From: Callorhinchus milii | Taxonomy: Eukaryota | Reading direction: 5' to 3' | DNA: 64,000 bases | NCBI RefSeq assembly: GCF_018977255.1 | Contig: NW_024704743.1 | Location: 46,378,001 to 46,442,000 of the forward strand | In this document: in pieces, positions 13,656 through 25,490 of the stretch | Layout of the letters: the number at the start of each line of letters is the position of its first letter | Numbering within the stretch: position 1 is the first letter of the stretch | Position numbers and translations under genes: made by a program | Notes under the pieces: generated by a model | What the model was told of the DNA's origin: nothing | Database searches by the model: none | What the model saw: the letters and a program-made list of their open reading frames with translations, nothing else

Positions 13656-16600
13656 TGGATGGATGACAAGTCTCCTGCTCTCCCCAGCTCTGTTCGGCAC
13701 ATAGTAAGCCAATCCTTCTGTTCTTTTCTACATCTACTCCTGCTATTTTCTATGGCAGTTGCAAAGGGATGTGTGGGCAGGGGAGCTGTGACCTGAATTA
13801 CTGCCATAGCTTTTAATTCTAAGAATGCATGTACTCGCAAGTCTAATAGTACAATTAGACTCAGCCTGGGGCAGTGTGGGGCGTTGCTGAAGGAGCCAAT
13901 CAGGCGTTACATATTTAAAAGGATTATATTCGATTAAAGGTTCTTTGCTTGCGCTTGACTTTATTTTTAATCCTCCAGGGGAACTCAAAAGGGGTGCTGA
14001 ATTACTGTGATGAAGTACCAAATTCAAGAGGGGAAACTCCGTCACTGCAGGCCTGCCAAACTCCATCTGAAACTTCAGTATTGGATAAGGCTGCCCCCTT
14101 CTCCCCCTCAGAATAATAAGGCAATTTAGGTATATAAGAAAAATTGCTCTTTAGAAGCTCTTATCGGCTCAAAGTGTTTTCTTTCAACAAAATTGCTGCC
14201 ATTTTACAGAATTGCAAAGTGGAAGACAAAAGGCCTTATCCACAAGCACACAAGAGCACTTTGTGCTTTTGCATTTTGAAAATTCAGCCAAATTGTGCCT
14301 TGTATCATGGAGGTTTGGTCCTCACTAGTAAGATTTGCCCTTTCAGTGATTCTTTGCCTGTGAGTGAAATGCTTATGCCGAAGATCAGTAACTTCACTGA
14401 CAAGAATAACCCGTATACCATCACGCGTGAACACAGGTTGTCGCTTGCTTCAACAAACACGTAAAAAATCATGCACACACACACACACTCAACAACAACT
14501 TGCAATGTATAGGGCCCTTCACACAGAGCATCTTGGAGTGCTTTACTTTACGTTCACAGAAAGACTTCAAAGTATTGAATGTGATATCAAAGAAAGAATA
14601 ACTAATCCTTGTATTCAATATAGCTAGTGACTTAAAATATTGTTGAGATCCCTCAAAGCACCTGAGTAGTGACTGTATTTTGTAGGCGAACACCTCCAAA
14701 TGTAAACGTGGAATTCTCCTCTTCTTTAAATTGCTTTCTACTCTTGCAGACCTACAGGCTTGATTACAATGGATGACTATGTAAATATCATTTATTCCCT
14801 AGCATGTCTTCCATCGGTTTTGATGTATGATATACTCCAGAATGTATATACGACTGTGAACACAGGGTAATTATATTATCCATTCTTTCTGTGTGTTATT
14901 TATATGGGTCAAAATTGCTCCATTTGATAATGCCTACAATAAAGTCACTACACTTCTCAATACATCTCTTTGATGCACTTTGAGACAATATTATATGATA
15001 AGGCACTATATTGAGTGCAAGGATTAATATTATGGATTATCATATCCCTGGTGCTGGTTATTACATTAACCAAAGATTTGGTCAAAAGCAGTCAATACTG
15101 TGGTTAACACTGTCTTTGGGAATCCTAATTTTAGTTGCTTGATATTTATCACCAGTGACCACCTTGCTGGCTATCAGGAAATCATAGACCATCCATGCTC
15201 CCTTAAAAGTTTATTTTATTGAAGGTCCCCTTAAAATAAAAATAATGATAATAATTTGTGATATGGTGCCTTAGGTCAAAATTTCTCAAAGTGCCATTTT
15301 AAGAGTCTTCTGTAAAGTGCTACTTTGAGAGTCTTCTGTAAAGTGCAGTGATTGTGTATTTGGAGCAAACTCTACAAACAATTTATGCACAGAAATGCCT
15401 ATAAGCAGCCTGAACACCTTCCTTCCCCATCTTTAGGTTGCACCTGAAGACCTTCCTCTTTGACTGTGCCTACTATCACCTCCCCCTTTGCCCATCTCCC
15501 TCTCTGCCACTGTCAAGCACTCTGGGACACTCACCGATGTGAGGGGCACTCTATAAATGCACATTGTTGTGAAGCCTGGATGTGCTACTTACTAACTCAG
15601 GCTTGACACTTGATAAAACTTCCTTGAGTTATTTTTCTTCCTGCTCATTTGGACAGGGGTTAGGGGAAATTTATTGGATATAATGGTCAGTGCATTTAAT
15701 GGGATTTCCCATGACACGGTGAAGGCTGGTAAATTTTCTAATATAAATTCCAGGCTGGGTGAAATTTCACCTGCATCTAAAACTTGTGAGGCTGATCTTT
15801 ATCCTCCCGACGTGAAAGGTGCTAAATAAACATAAATATGTATTCCATTATCACTTGTAAGGAAAGATTGCTGGAGGTTGTGACCACCAGTGATTATGGG
15901 AATTATTCTACACAGTGTGACCATGTGTACAGTGTACTCCATCTGGGGTAGATGCTATTCTCTGTACGGTATATTTCGTAAATTAGTCCCTGTGCACTTT
16001 CAATAACGAATGAGTTTCTGGAGTGATAAGGCATGCAAACAGACTGTTTGGCCTAACTAATCTATTGCCAGTGTTTATACAGTGCACGAGCCTCCATCCT
16101 TCCTATTCCCCTCTCCTATATCCTCTATTCTCCCTTCTTCCTCATGTATTGCAGCAAGTTTTCTCTTAAATACATTATTTAAAATTAAATGTGGTGCTTT
16201 TTGTTTCAACCATAGCTTCTGGTGAGTTCCATATTCTTGCCATTCTCTGCATGAAGAAGTTTCTCCTTCAACCTCCTCCTGGAAAAGAAATGCAAGTTGT
16301 TGTTGGAAACTTCCTTGTAGGTCTACTGTTAGTTGTATTATATGTATGTCCTCAGTGCTTGGTTAAAAGTCTATATCTCCTCTGGGGTTACTAAAATCTT
16401 CTTTAGGAAAATGGTAGGATTTCAGGTGTTTCGTTCGGTGCCATGTGCTCTACCCCAAATCGATCAATGCATGAGGCCATCTCCATTAAGAGGTGAGATC
16501 TGGTGGGAAGTATGTGGGATTCCCTCGTGGATAGGCAGTTTACGCTATCAGGAATTTTTGATCAATGGCAAGACACCAGTATCATTCGAACTTTTCAGAG

Positions 16601-17239
16601 GAAACCATTTCCCACTGTCATATTGTTCAGAAATCGAAAATAATTCCCAGTGAGAAGAATGTTGGCGCTGAGAAATTCCACAACTGCTTGACCCAGGGAG
16701 GATGCAGCTTCTCTGGACCCCACGGCAGTTGAAAGGTAAATAAATAAACTTGCTTGGTGTATGTGCATGTGGGCACAATGGCATTGAAACACTGAAAAGA
16801 ATTAACAGCAGGTTAGACACAAGTGACAGCTTCATGTCTGGAACCTTATTGTGTGAAGGTATGAGGATTAGTTACTGCTAGGAATACCAGCAGGGTCAGA
16901 GCACCGGTGTGGCTGCAACTGTGGAATACCATAAACATGGAGCCATAAATATCCAGCAGAGGAAACATTGTTCACTCTTCCTCCATCAAATTCGGCAGTA
17001 TAGAAATATTTACAGTTAATAACAAATGGTAAAATAACTTTGCGAGTCTAAACTAACTATGCCTTCACTGAGCAGGCTGAGGAGCAATGGTGATGACAGC
17101 AATGGGTGGTGCAGTGGCCCTGTGCCATCCTGTGGTGGGACATGGATCTGCATTGATGCCTTCCATACGCAGCGCCTTCCACACCCATCAAGCACTAAGG
17201 GCGGTCCTCAAATAAAACCCACTTGGCGAGGAGACTGAG

Positions 17240-17440
17240 AGAAACTCCTTTTTCTTTTTGAATAGTGCTATGGGATCTTTATCACCCACCTGAACAAGCA
17301 GACGGCATCTCGGTCTAACATTTCATCTGAAGAACAGCACTTCCGACAGCATAGCTCAACCCCAGCACTGAACTGGAGTGTCAGCCTAGACTAAAAGCTC
17401 AATATCCTCACATAGAATTTGAATTCACAGCTTTCTCAGG
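17240..17440 (-). mobile_element. Old Deu-domain SINE fragment
   Basis: gaatagtgctatgggatcttt...cacctgaacaagcagacgg...ctggagtgtcagcctaga. Confidence 0.75.
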
Positions 17441-17689
17441 GTAGGCACAAAATAAAAAGCACTAAGACGCTTGCCCTTACAGGAAGGTTAGTTGGTTCTG
17501 CCCATCAACCTCTAACCACAGCCACATAGTGTGCAGGAAGTGATTTTCTGAACACCTGGAAGTTGGCCAGTTTCTTGCTCTTCACTTAATATGAGGCCAT
17601 TATTATATTGGACCCAGAGGACTGTGCCAGAACAGGGTTGCCCTGTAGTTTGTTCCATATACTTGTCATCATGTAAAAAATATTTCTCC

Positions 17690-17885
17690 TGCACGTTCTT
17701 TTTTGTTTTACTTATTTTGAGCTTTAATACCTCCTTTTGTGAATCTTCTGCACAGCAGATCAATGTATCTCTATGCATCTTTTTTAATGCTTTCATGATT
17801 TTGAATACCTCCATTAAGTCCCCTTGGTCTTCTCGTCTTGAGAAAATATTCCTAGGTTGGAGAAAATTCCTCAAATCTCTGTCAC
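17690..17885 (-). mobile_element. Degenerate CR1 ORF2 C-terminal fragment
   Basis: Minus-strand translation includes GDLMEVFKIMK, a CR1 C-terminal motif. Confidence 0.65.
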
Positions 17886-18444
17886 CCACAAAATACTCCA
17901 TAGAATATAGAATATAGAATATCCTGCCAAGCGCTTTGATAATAATAAGATTACTATTATTACCACCATAATCAAGAATTTGGAACTAATCTGGAAGTTC
18001 TCGTCCTCTTCTGTACCAGAATTATTTTGTTCATGGTAAAGCAAGAAAACAAAGTTGCATGCTGTATAAAACGTATAGTCCTACCAAATCCAGATACAAT
18101 CTCTTTCTCTCTCTGGTACTTCAGATGTTTCTCTTGGCTAACAAAATGCATCTATCTGCCCAAATATGAGGCTTCTGATCCTTCTGAAATGTTTTATCAA
18201 ATATCCAAACCTATTTTGGTGCTATTTTAAAGCTTCAGGCATAAATTATAAAATTATAAATTATACATCACCATATATCTCTGTCCAATTGTCCTTGTAT
18301 CTTTGTATCAGAACCAGCCTCTAACCACTCGTGGATTAAAAAGAACACCGTAACTCTAAAAAAGTAAATAAGCAGTCTTTCTCCTGCATATTTTAAACAT
18401 GGATCAGAATGAGTTTTTTAATGTTGCAAATTGAAACCTGGTCA

Positions 18445-18676
18445 CTTGTATATGGTATTATACAGCTGCCAATTGCGCTCAGCAGTATCCCACAAACAGT
18501 CGTGGATTGAGTAACTAAATTATTATTTTTTTGAAGGGTTTGTCATCGTTCCGCCAATCGACTAACAACCAGATTCCTACTTATTGCTAGTTAAATAGTA
18601 AATAGAGCCGTGTGGAGTAAGAAATCTTGCCCAACGCTTCGCACTGCCCGTCCTCTTGCTTGTGAGGCAAGTGCTT
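18445..18676 (-). mobile_element. Long-form family A SINE fragment
   Basis: Reverse complement of head, extra central segment and Deu-like segment. Confidence 0.75.
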
Positions 18677-19144
18677 CAATGACTAAGATACAGGACTTCA
18701 CGATGTGGTCTTTCTGGACATTTTCCCCTTGATTCTGCTTTTAAGTAAGATAAAATACATTTGCACAAGTAGATTTTGTGCAAGTCACATCTACTCTGGC
18801 TGAGAAGTACATTATGGAATACATGCAGCTGCATACTGCAAACAGCAATATCTGCTTCAGTGGGGAAGAGGCTTTGATGGTAATGGTGTAAATGTAGAAG
18901 AAGCAGCACAGAACCAGTTGAGGACAAGGATCCATGTGAGCGACAGAGATAGACAGACCTGGATGATTGTAAAAGACAGCGATCTAAGACACTCTAGGCA
19001 AAAAGGCAAAGATAGAGAGAAATAGTGATGTTAGAGAAATAATGAATCAGGGCAAATAAAAAGTTAATGATTCAGAAATGGATGAAGAAAGGCAAGACAG
19101 TAAAGATAAGTGACTAAAAACAGAAAAAAATGAAAAATAAAACG

Positions 19145-19395
19145 TGGAGTTCTGCAGCTTAGTCGTAAGAGCACTCACCTCACAAGCGAGAGGAACTGCG
19201 TTTGATTCCTGGGCAGGGCGAAACTTTGGGCAGGTTTCCTTACTCCACACGCTTTTCCGGGGGTAATAATTCTTTCAAAATAAATAAAAATGATTTGGTC
19301 ACTCAATCCATCACTGTTTGTGGGATACTGCCACATATTTTGAGACGTATCAAAGACATGATAAGACGTTATATCAAACGCAAGGATTAATATTA
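19145..19395 (+). mobile_element. Family A SINE with internal deletions
   Basis: tggagttctgcagcttagt... head and atatcaaacgcaaggatta tail. Confidence 0.85.
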
Positions 19396-20059
19396 TAGTA
19401 TTATAAAACATTAATCCTTGCATATGATTCAGTGCATTATATCAAAACGCCTCAAAGCACTTCACAGAGTTTTCTGTAAAGTGTAGTAACTGTGTATTTG
19501 TAGGCAAGCATAGCAGCCAATTTGCTGGAACCAAACTTATTTTGATAGGATATGTACATGGACTGATTACTGGCAAATCAAGTTCAATCCAAGTAAACAC
19601 AAGGTTTTACATATAGGAAGTAAGAATAGAAATCATTTAATTTATGGATGGGATAGAATCTGCCAAGGGGAAGCTAAAAGAGAACCAGAAGTGGTACTTG
19701 ACTAAACACTGACCATGGCAAAACTATGAGACAGTAATAAACAAGGCAAATAGGATGATGTTCTATATTGGCAAATTATTTGTGTTCAGATATTCAAAAA
19801 TCATACTCAAACTAATAATTATTCAGCTAATATTAACATCCTCTAATTGGATTTGTTTGTTAATTTGTTAAAGTAAAAATCTACCTTCTATAATTGTAAT
19901 GGATAAGGGACATATTCTCATTTGGCCTTAATTGAACCTTTTGGTATTTGATGTGAATGAGCGTGGAGAATCTATTATTGCAAACACGATGGCTTAAAAA
20001 TACTCCACATGCTCTATTAAAATTCAAAAAAGTTATTATCTCGGCACCAAAGAGCCAGT

Positions 20060-20680
20060 TAAAGCATTTATATAGTGCCTTTCACAAAGGATATTAGTTG
20101 GGAGTGCTTCACACGAGGCGGTTGGATGCTAAGCAAGGAAAAAAGAAGATAGGAAAGAAACAGGTGACCAGAGGTGCTATTGATTCATTGAGAGAAGGGG
20201 AAACAGTGGAGTGGTATGGGTGAGGATGCGGGTGGTGGAGTTTTAGATCAGTTGCAACTTATGGATGGTGGAATAAGTGAAGTCGGCAAGGGGAGTGAGA
20301 AAAGTCTACTCGGAAGGGAACAAACAAAGGCATGAATGATGATTTTGGTGGCCTTTGGAGCCAGATAGGGGCATAGGAGGGCAATGTGTTGAAGAAACGC
20401 GGTCTTGGTCATTGATATAATGTGAGCAAGGAAGAACAACTGAGGTATCACACTTGTTCAGTGAGTTTGACTGAGATTGAGGAGGTCAGAGCCGGAAGTG
20501 AGAGGACATTGGGAATCCTGGAGGATGGCTTCCATCTTGTCAATGTGAAGATGCAAGGAATTGAGGCTCAATCCAGACCTTTATGTTTGACAGGAAAGGC
20601 AAGCAGATAGAACATCCATCCATGGGTCCTGGAATGAAGAGTAAAATGGAAAAGTAGATTTTGGTGTCATCCGCTTACAT
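20060..20680 (-). mobile_element. Old degenerate L2 fragment
   Basis: Translations include KIIIHAFV and a decayed YADDT (gtgtcatccgcttacatg on the plus strand). Confidence 0.6.
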
Positions 20681-20684
20681 GAGT

Positions 20685-21350
20685 ATCAGCGCCATGACCG
20701 GCACTGCCTACCACCACCTCCACAACATCGCCAGACTCCGCCACTGCTTCACCCCTCAGGCTGCCGAAACCATCACCCACGCATTCGTCACATCAAGGCT
20801 CGATTACGGGAACTCCCTCCTCATCGGCCTTCCCAACTCTTCCCTTCACAAGCTGCAGATCATCCAAAACTGTAGCTCATGTACTTTCACACACCAGGCT
20901 CCGTGACCCCATCACTTCCACCCTCGCCCGACTCTACTGGCTCCCCATCCCCTGGAGGATTGAGTTCAAGATCATTGTCCTCACCTTTAAGGCCATCCAT
21001 AGCCTTGTCCCCTCCTACCTCTCTGACCTGCTGACTCCCTACCAACTTGCCCACTCCCTCCATTCAGCGGGCTCCGGACTGCTCCATGTTTCCGCCCGGC
21101 CCACCCTACCATCGGTGGCCGGGCTTTCAGCCTCGCTGCCGCCACATTTTGGAACTCCATCCCGCGGTCCCTTCGCCTCGCTTCCTCCCTTGCCTCCTTC
21201 AATCATGCCTTTGGTCTCCCTCCCAGCTCCCTGCCTTCCCTCACCCCTACACCACCCCTCCCCCATGTTCAAGCCCCGACACGCTTTGGGACGTCCTCCC
21301 AACATGAAAGGCGCTCTATAAATGTAATTTTGTTGTTGTTGTTGTTGTTG
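20685..21350 (+). mobile_element. 5'-truncated L2 LINE 3' end
   Basis: TAYHHLHNIARLRH...HAFVTSRLDYGNSLL, then a stem-loop and (TTG)n tail at ~21290-21350. Confidence 0.92.
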
Positions 21351-21961
21351 ATGAGGATGTTTAACCCCATGTTTGCAAATCATGTCACCAAGATAGAGCT
21401 GTATAGAGTTCTTGTTGCCATGTCATAATGTGGCTGCCCAGAGCTTATAGAAGCATACACGATCCTAAATAGGGTTGAGAAAGTAAATCATGATCAATAT
21501 TTTTCGACTTTTGGAAAAGAAGGCAGAACAAGAGAACATAGCTTTAGAGTTGCAGAGAATAATTTTAGGACAGTCCATAAAAATATTTTTAGGGTAATTA
21601 ATGACTGGAACAGATTACTAGATTGAGGCCAGGATATTGGACTGATTTTTAAAAAAACTAGGGAAGTTAGCAAGGAGAGTGAGAAAAGTCTAGTTGGAAG
21701 GGAACAAACAAATGCATGAATGAGGATTTTGGTGGCATTTGGAGTAAGATGGGGCATAGGAGAGCAATATGTCGAAGAAAAGTGGTCTTGGTCAGGGGTA
21801 TAATATGAGGAAGGAAGGATAGCTGAAGATTGAACCAGACACCAAGATTTCACTGGATTGTGAGGTCAAAGGCCTGAGTGGGATGCTTCTGACTTAGAGA
21901 TGCAAGTGCTACCAACTGAACCAGTCTGAGCAAGAGGACAGAATTGAAAGACAATAAGGAA

Positions 21962-22280
21962 AGCAACAACAACATCAAAATTACATTTGTATAGCGTATT
22001 TCATGCTGGGAGGACATCCCAAGGCGCTGGACAGTCAGTGTTTCGGACCCGAACTGGGATCAGGGAGGGTGGAGGGCAAAGGGGGAAGGAGGGTAATCGA
22101 AAGCATGGTTGAAGAGGAGGGTCTTGAGATCTGTCTTGAAGGAGGCAAGGGAAGGGGTGAGGTGGAGGGACTGCAGGATGGAGTTCCAGAGGGTGGGAGC
22201 ATAGGGGCTGAAGGCCCGCCCGCCAATGGTGGGGTGGGCGAGATGGGAGATGTGAGGCAGACCAGAGCCCGCTGAGAGCA
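21962..22280 (-). mobile_element. L2 3' end fragment
   Basis: PTIGGRAFS...WNSI...FKTDLKTLLF, with a (CAA)n tail on the plus strand. Confidence 0.88.
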
Positions 22281-23149
22281 ACAAGAAATTATTTAAATTC
22301 AACAACTAAACTTAAATCATTTCAAAATATATATTACGTATATATATATATTTATTGCAGATAAAAATGGAATAAAAACGATTAAAAAATATTTTGCTGT
22401 CAGAATATACTAAGAGAATTAATAACAGTCAGTAACATTATTGTACAGACTTCGCCCTTGAAATCCAATTTTTACTTTGCCAGGTAAGAAGCCCTTTCTG
22501 TGTACATGTGATGTCTGGAATTATTTTATCTTACAAATCAATGTAATCTGCCTCTTAGTATAAATGTTTTCAAGCTGCAGCCAAGCAGTGCATTTCTGAA
22601 ATTGACTCTCCTTTGGGAGGTGGGGGCCTGAAATTATATGTGGGTTATACTTAATCCACACTTTCTGGAAGCAACACGGTATGTAGGCAATTCACGGCAT
22701 CATCACAAATTTACATTTTATATCACTTTTCACATCAAAAGGATGTCCCTAGGCATCTTCACCTTTGTCTACCTTCAGGAATAGCAAAGTGCAGAATAAT
22801 TAAAGGAAGTCTTCATTATTCTGCTGGGTCTGTGTGAGGCACTTGTTCCACGTTGGCATGTTTTTTTAGTGAGTTTTAATAAAGGGATAGAATCAGAGGA
22901 ATTTTCTGCAGGAAGGTAGGATTTTGCCAATGTTGAGAAGGGAACAACAGCAACAACAACTTGGACTTATATAGCTCTCTCCACACAGGGTAGCAAATTG
23001 GGAAGTTGGAAGTTTCAGAAGTTGACTAATCTTCAATTCTTCTGACTATGTTTCCAGGCAAAATCCCCTTGTGTCTCTTCACAGGTGCCAGTGCTGAAAT
23101 TGGCAACTGACTGTGTTAGGAATTGGGACCAAGAACGTGTATCTTTAGG

Positions 23150-23530
23150 TGTTAGCCTGGCTCAGTTGGTAACATACTCTTCTTTGAGTCAGATGATTTG
23201 GGGTTCAATCTCTGCATTAGGTCTCTGAGCTCAACATTTCAGTTGACACTCCAGTACAATCCCAGAGGAGCATTACAATTATCAGAAGTACCTTCATTCG
23301 GATGAATCGCTGTCTGCCCATTCAGGTGGATGTTGAACATCCCATGGCAATATTCAAAAAGTAAGTGAATTTCTCCTGGTTTCTTAGTCTCCTGACCAGT
23401 AATTCCCAGATAAAATTATTTGGTCACTTCATGTTTGTGGGACATTGCTGTGTGTACTTCCATACTTTACAGTAAATTCTGGGAAGCTTTTGCGAAATTT
23501 CCATGATGTGGAAATGCAAGGATTATTTTT
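23150..23530 (+). mobile_element. Old Deu-domain SINE
   Basis: gcctggctcagttggta head, caggtggatgtt...cccatggca core and decayed tail. Confidence 0.75.
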
Positions 23531-24223
23531 CCATTCTGAGGTAAACCAACGTGGAACCCTGGCTGATTCATATTGAATTGTCCACTGTACTTTACTCATC
23601 AGTCAATCGCAGCAATATCAGGCCAGAGAAAACAAACATTTGTTCAATGGAACAAGCTTAAGAAAAGGTTTGTTTTTACTTTTTTGCAATGAGCCGGAAA
23701 GATAATTGGATTGCATGCAGATAATAATTTAGTGGAAAATACATTCAGAATAGCAAGTAGAATTAGAAATGAAATCACAGAGTTAGTCTGGTCTCAACAC
23801 AACAGGTAGTACAGACAGAAATGAAGTCAGCATCTCGTCGTCGTCTGCTGGTCTTCAGGATCGTATGGTGTAAGAATATAGTACTTTCTGTTTTGTCTCC
23901 CTTTCAGTGTTTGCTGGATGCAGTTGCACTGCCCATGTTTCCTGCGGAAGGGTCATGCAGATACCATTGAATGTCACTTCCACAACTGTCTGTTACTTAC
24001 CTGATTAGAAAATAATAAATATCATTCCACTTCTGAGCTCTCCAGTCTATTTCTCCTTCTCTAAGACTGTGTGATTTGCAACATTCCCAGTGCAGGATAG
24101 GCAGATCATTGCTCTCAAGGCCACCTTTGCCCAAAGTGTCAGAAGGTCTGAGATTAACATTATAGGACCCGTGCTCTTTCGGGGAGCTGTGATCCTCAGG
24201 TGCTATTTACAGAAAGGTGGATA

Positions 24224-24593
24224 CAGTCAAATATTGTTATAATGCAGTGGTTGGTGCACAAATAACGAGCTCCTCTGTTATGACAATAAAGCTGCATTAT
24301 TATGCAGCCACTCTCCTGCACTTTTGGGGTCATTGGCTCTCATCACTGAGCCCTGCTGAACATGTGGACCATGCGCTGAATGCTGCCTTGTCAATGGAAA
24401 TTGCTCTGAGCAGCATTTCCATTGATTGCTGGGGATGCAGCAGATATCCAAAGGCCCTTGGCTCAAGTGCCCCACGTCAGTCAGTGCTGGGAGCAGGAAG
24501 TGTACAACACTTCGGTACAATAGGTGTTTGCTGTGTTCCCACATCAAATCTGAAGCGCGTGATACCGAAGTGTGGAATAACAGGGTCAGCCTG
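24224..24593. mobile_element. Tc1/mariner (Tigger/pogo-like) MITE remnant
   Basis: TA|CAGTCAAATATTGTTAT...ATAACAGGGTCAGCCTG|TA gives imperfect TIRs with TA flanks. A palindrome sits at the element midpoint (~24408). Confidence 0.55.
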
Positions 24594-25229
24594 TATGCAC
24601 AATAGACTATCCAGGGGAGGTGGTGGACACAGATTATGTTTGCAAATCCAAGAGGGAGGCATGGATGGCTGGTGAAGTAAAAAGGGCTATGAGAGCTGGG
24701 TGGTGTAGGATTATTATTTATTACTTGGGAGCGGTCTTTTCTAGTCCAGTACATTCCTATGCTCCTATCTAAAGGATATTGTAAATCTTCTCCAGTTTAA
24801 GGTTTCAATCACTGTTACTGTTGCTAACTTTGCCAGATTCCCCCTTCGAATCAAGCAGAAACTGGGTTCTTGTAGATTCAATTTAAAATATTTAAGGTGT
24901 GTTCATTGTGGTCTCTTTTATATTGCTACTTTGTACCTTCTCTGAGAAAACTGGGATTAAATTCCTTTGCTGTTACTGCGGTGTTGGCTATGGAGTCACG
25001 CTGGTGATTTCCCCTGGTCTTCATCAGACTGTTGTCATTACTAACCATCCCATTACTTACTGGAGACTCACTTGTCCCATTTCTTGGAGCCAAGAGATTA
25101 AAATGTGATATTTCATAACAGATTTGACACTGGCAATTGAAACTGGGATCTGATTGGCTAGAGATATTGATTAAATACAGTTTCATTCCAGCATAACATT
25201 CAATTGCATAGGAAGAATCTCAAAGGCAA

Positions 25230-25490
25230 AGCCATGCGATTTTAGCTGGTTAAAGTCGAGCAGTTCCCACTGTATTTTCCACACTCGCCCCCCCCACGGC
25301 CTTGGCTTTTGCTAACATGTGACCTAATTCTCTTCGGAATTAGGTAAGCAGGGTGCATCCTCCAGGGAGGGAGAGTGTTTTCCATTCTGGACATGAAACT
25401 TTCCATGTGTGGATGGCATACATCTTACAGTTCTTGTCAGTATGGTGATGTGTTTCAGCATGTGTCGGACATCTGGGTGACCAAACAATA
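25230..25490 (-). repeat. Family X repeat
   Basis: ttttagctggttaaa, ggaattaggtaagca, tatggtgatgtgtttcagcatgtgtcggacatctgggtgacc. Confidence 0.65.

Noticed and set aside
15297..15347. Short direct repeat agagtcttctgtaaagtgc x2, CRISPR-like
   Set aside because: Two units with no spacer array. It is slippage within a SINE tail in a eukaryotic intron.
20600..20720. Twin-priming inversion of a single L2
   Set aside because: The inverted halves differ greatly in divergence, so a young L2 beside or inside an older one fits better.
23880..23960. Strong acceptor sites at 23907, 14749 and 10631
   Set aside because: No convincing paired donor or RBMS-like coding. Such sites are expected by chance in long introns.
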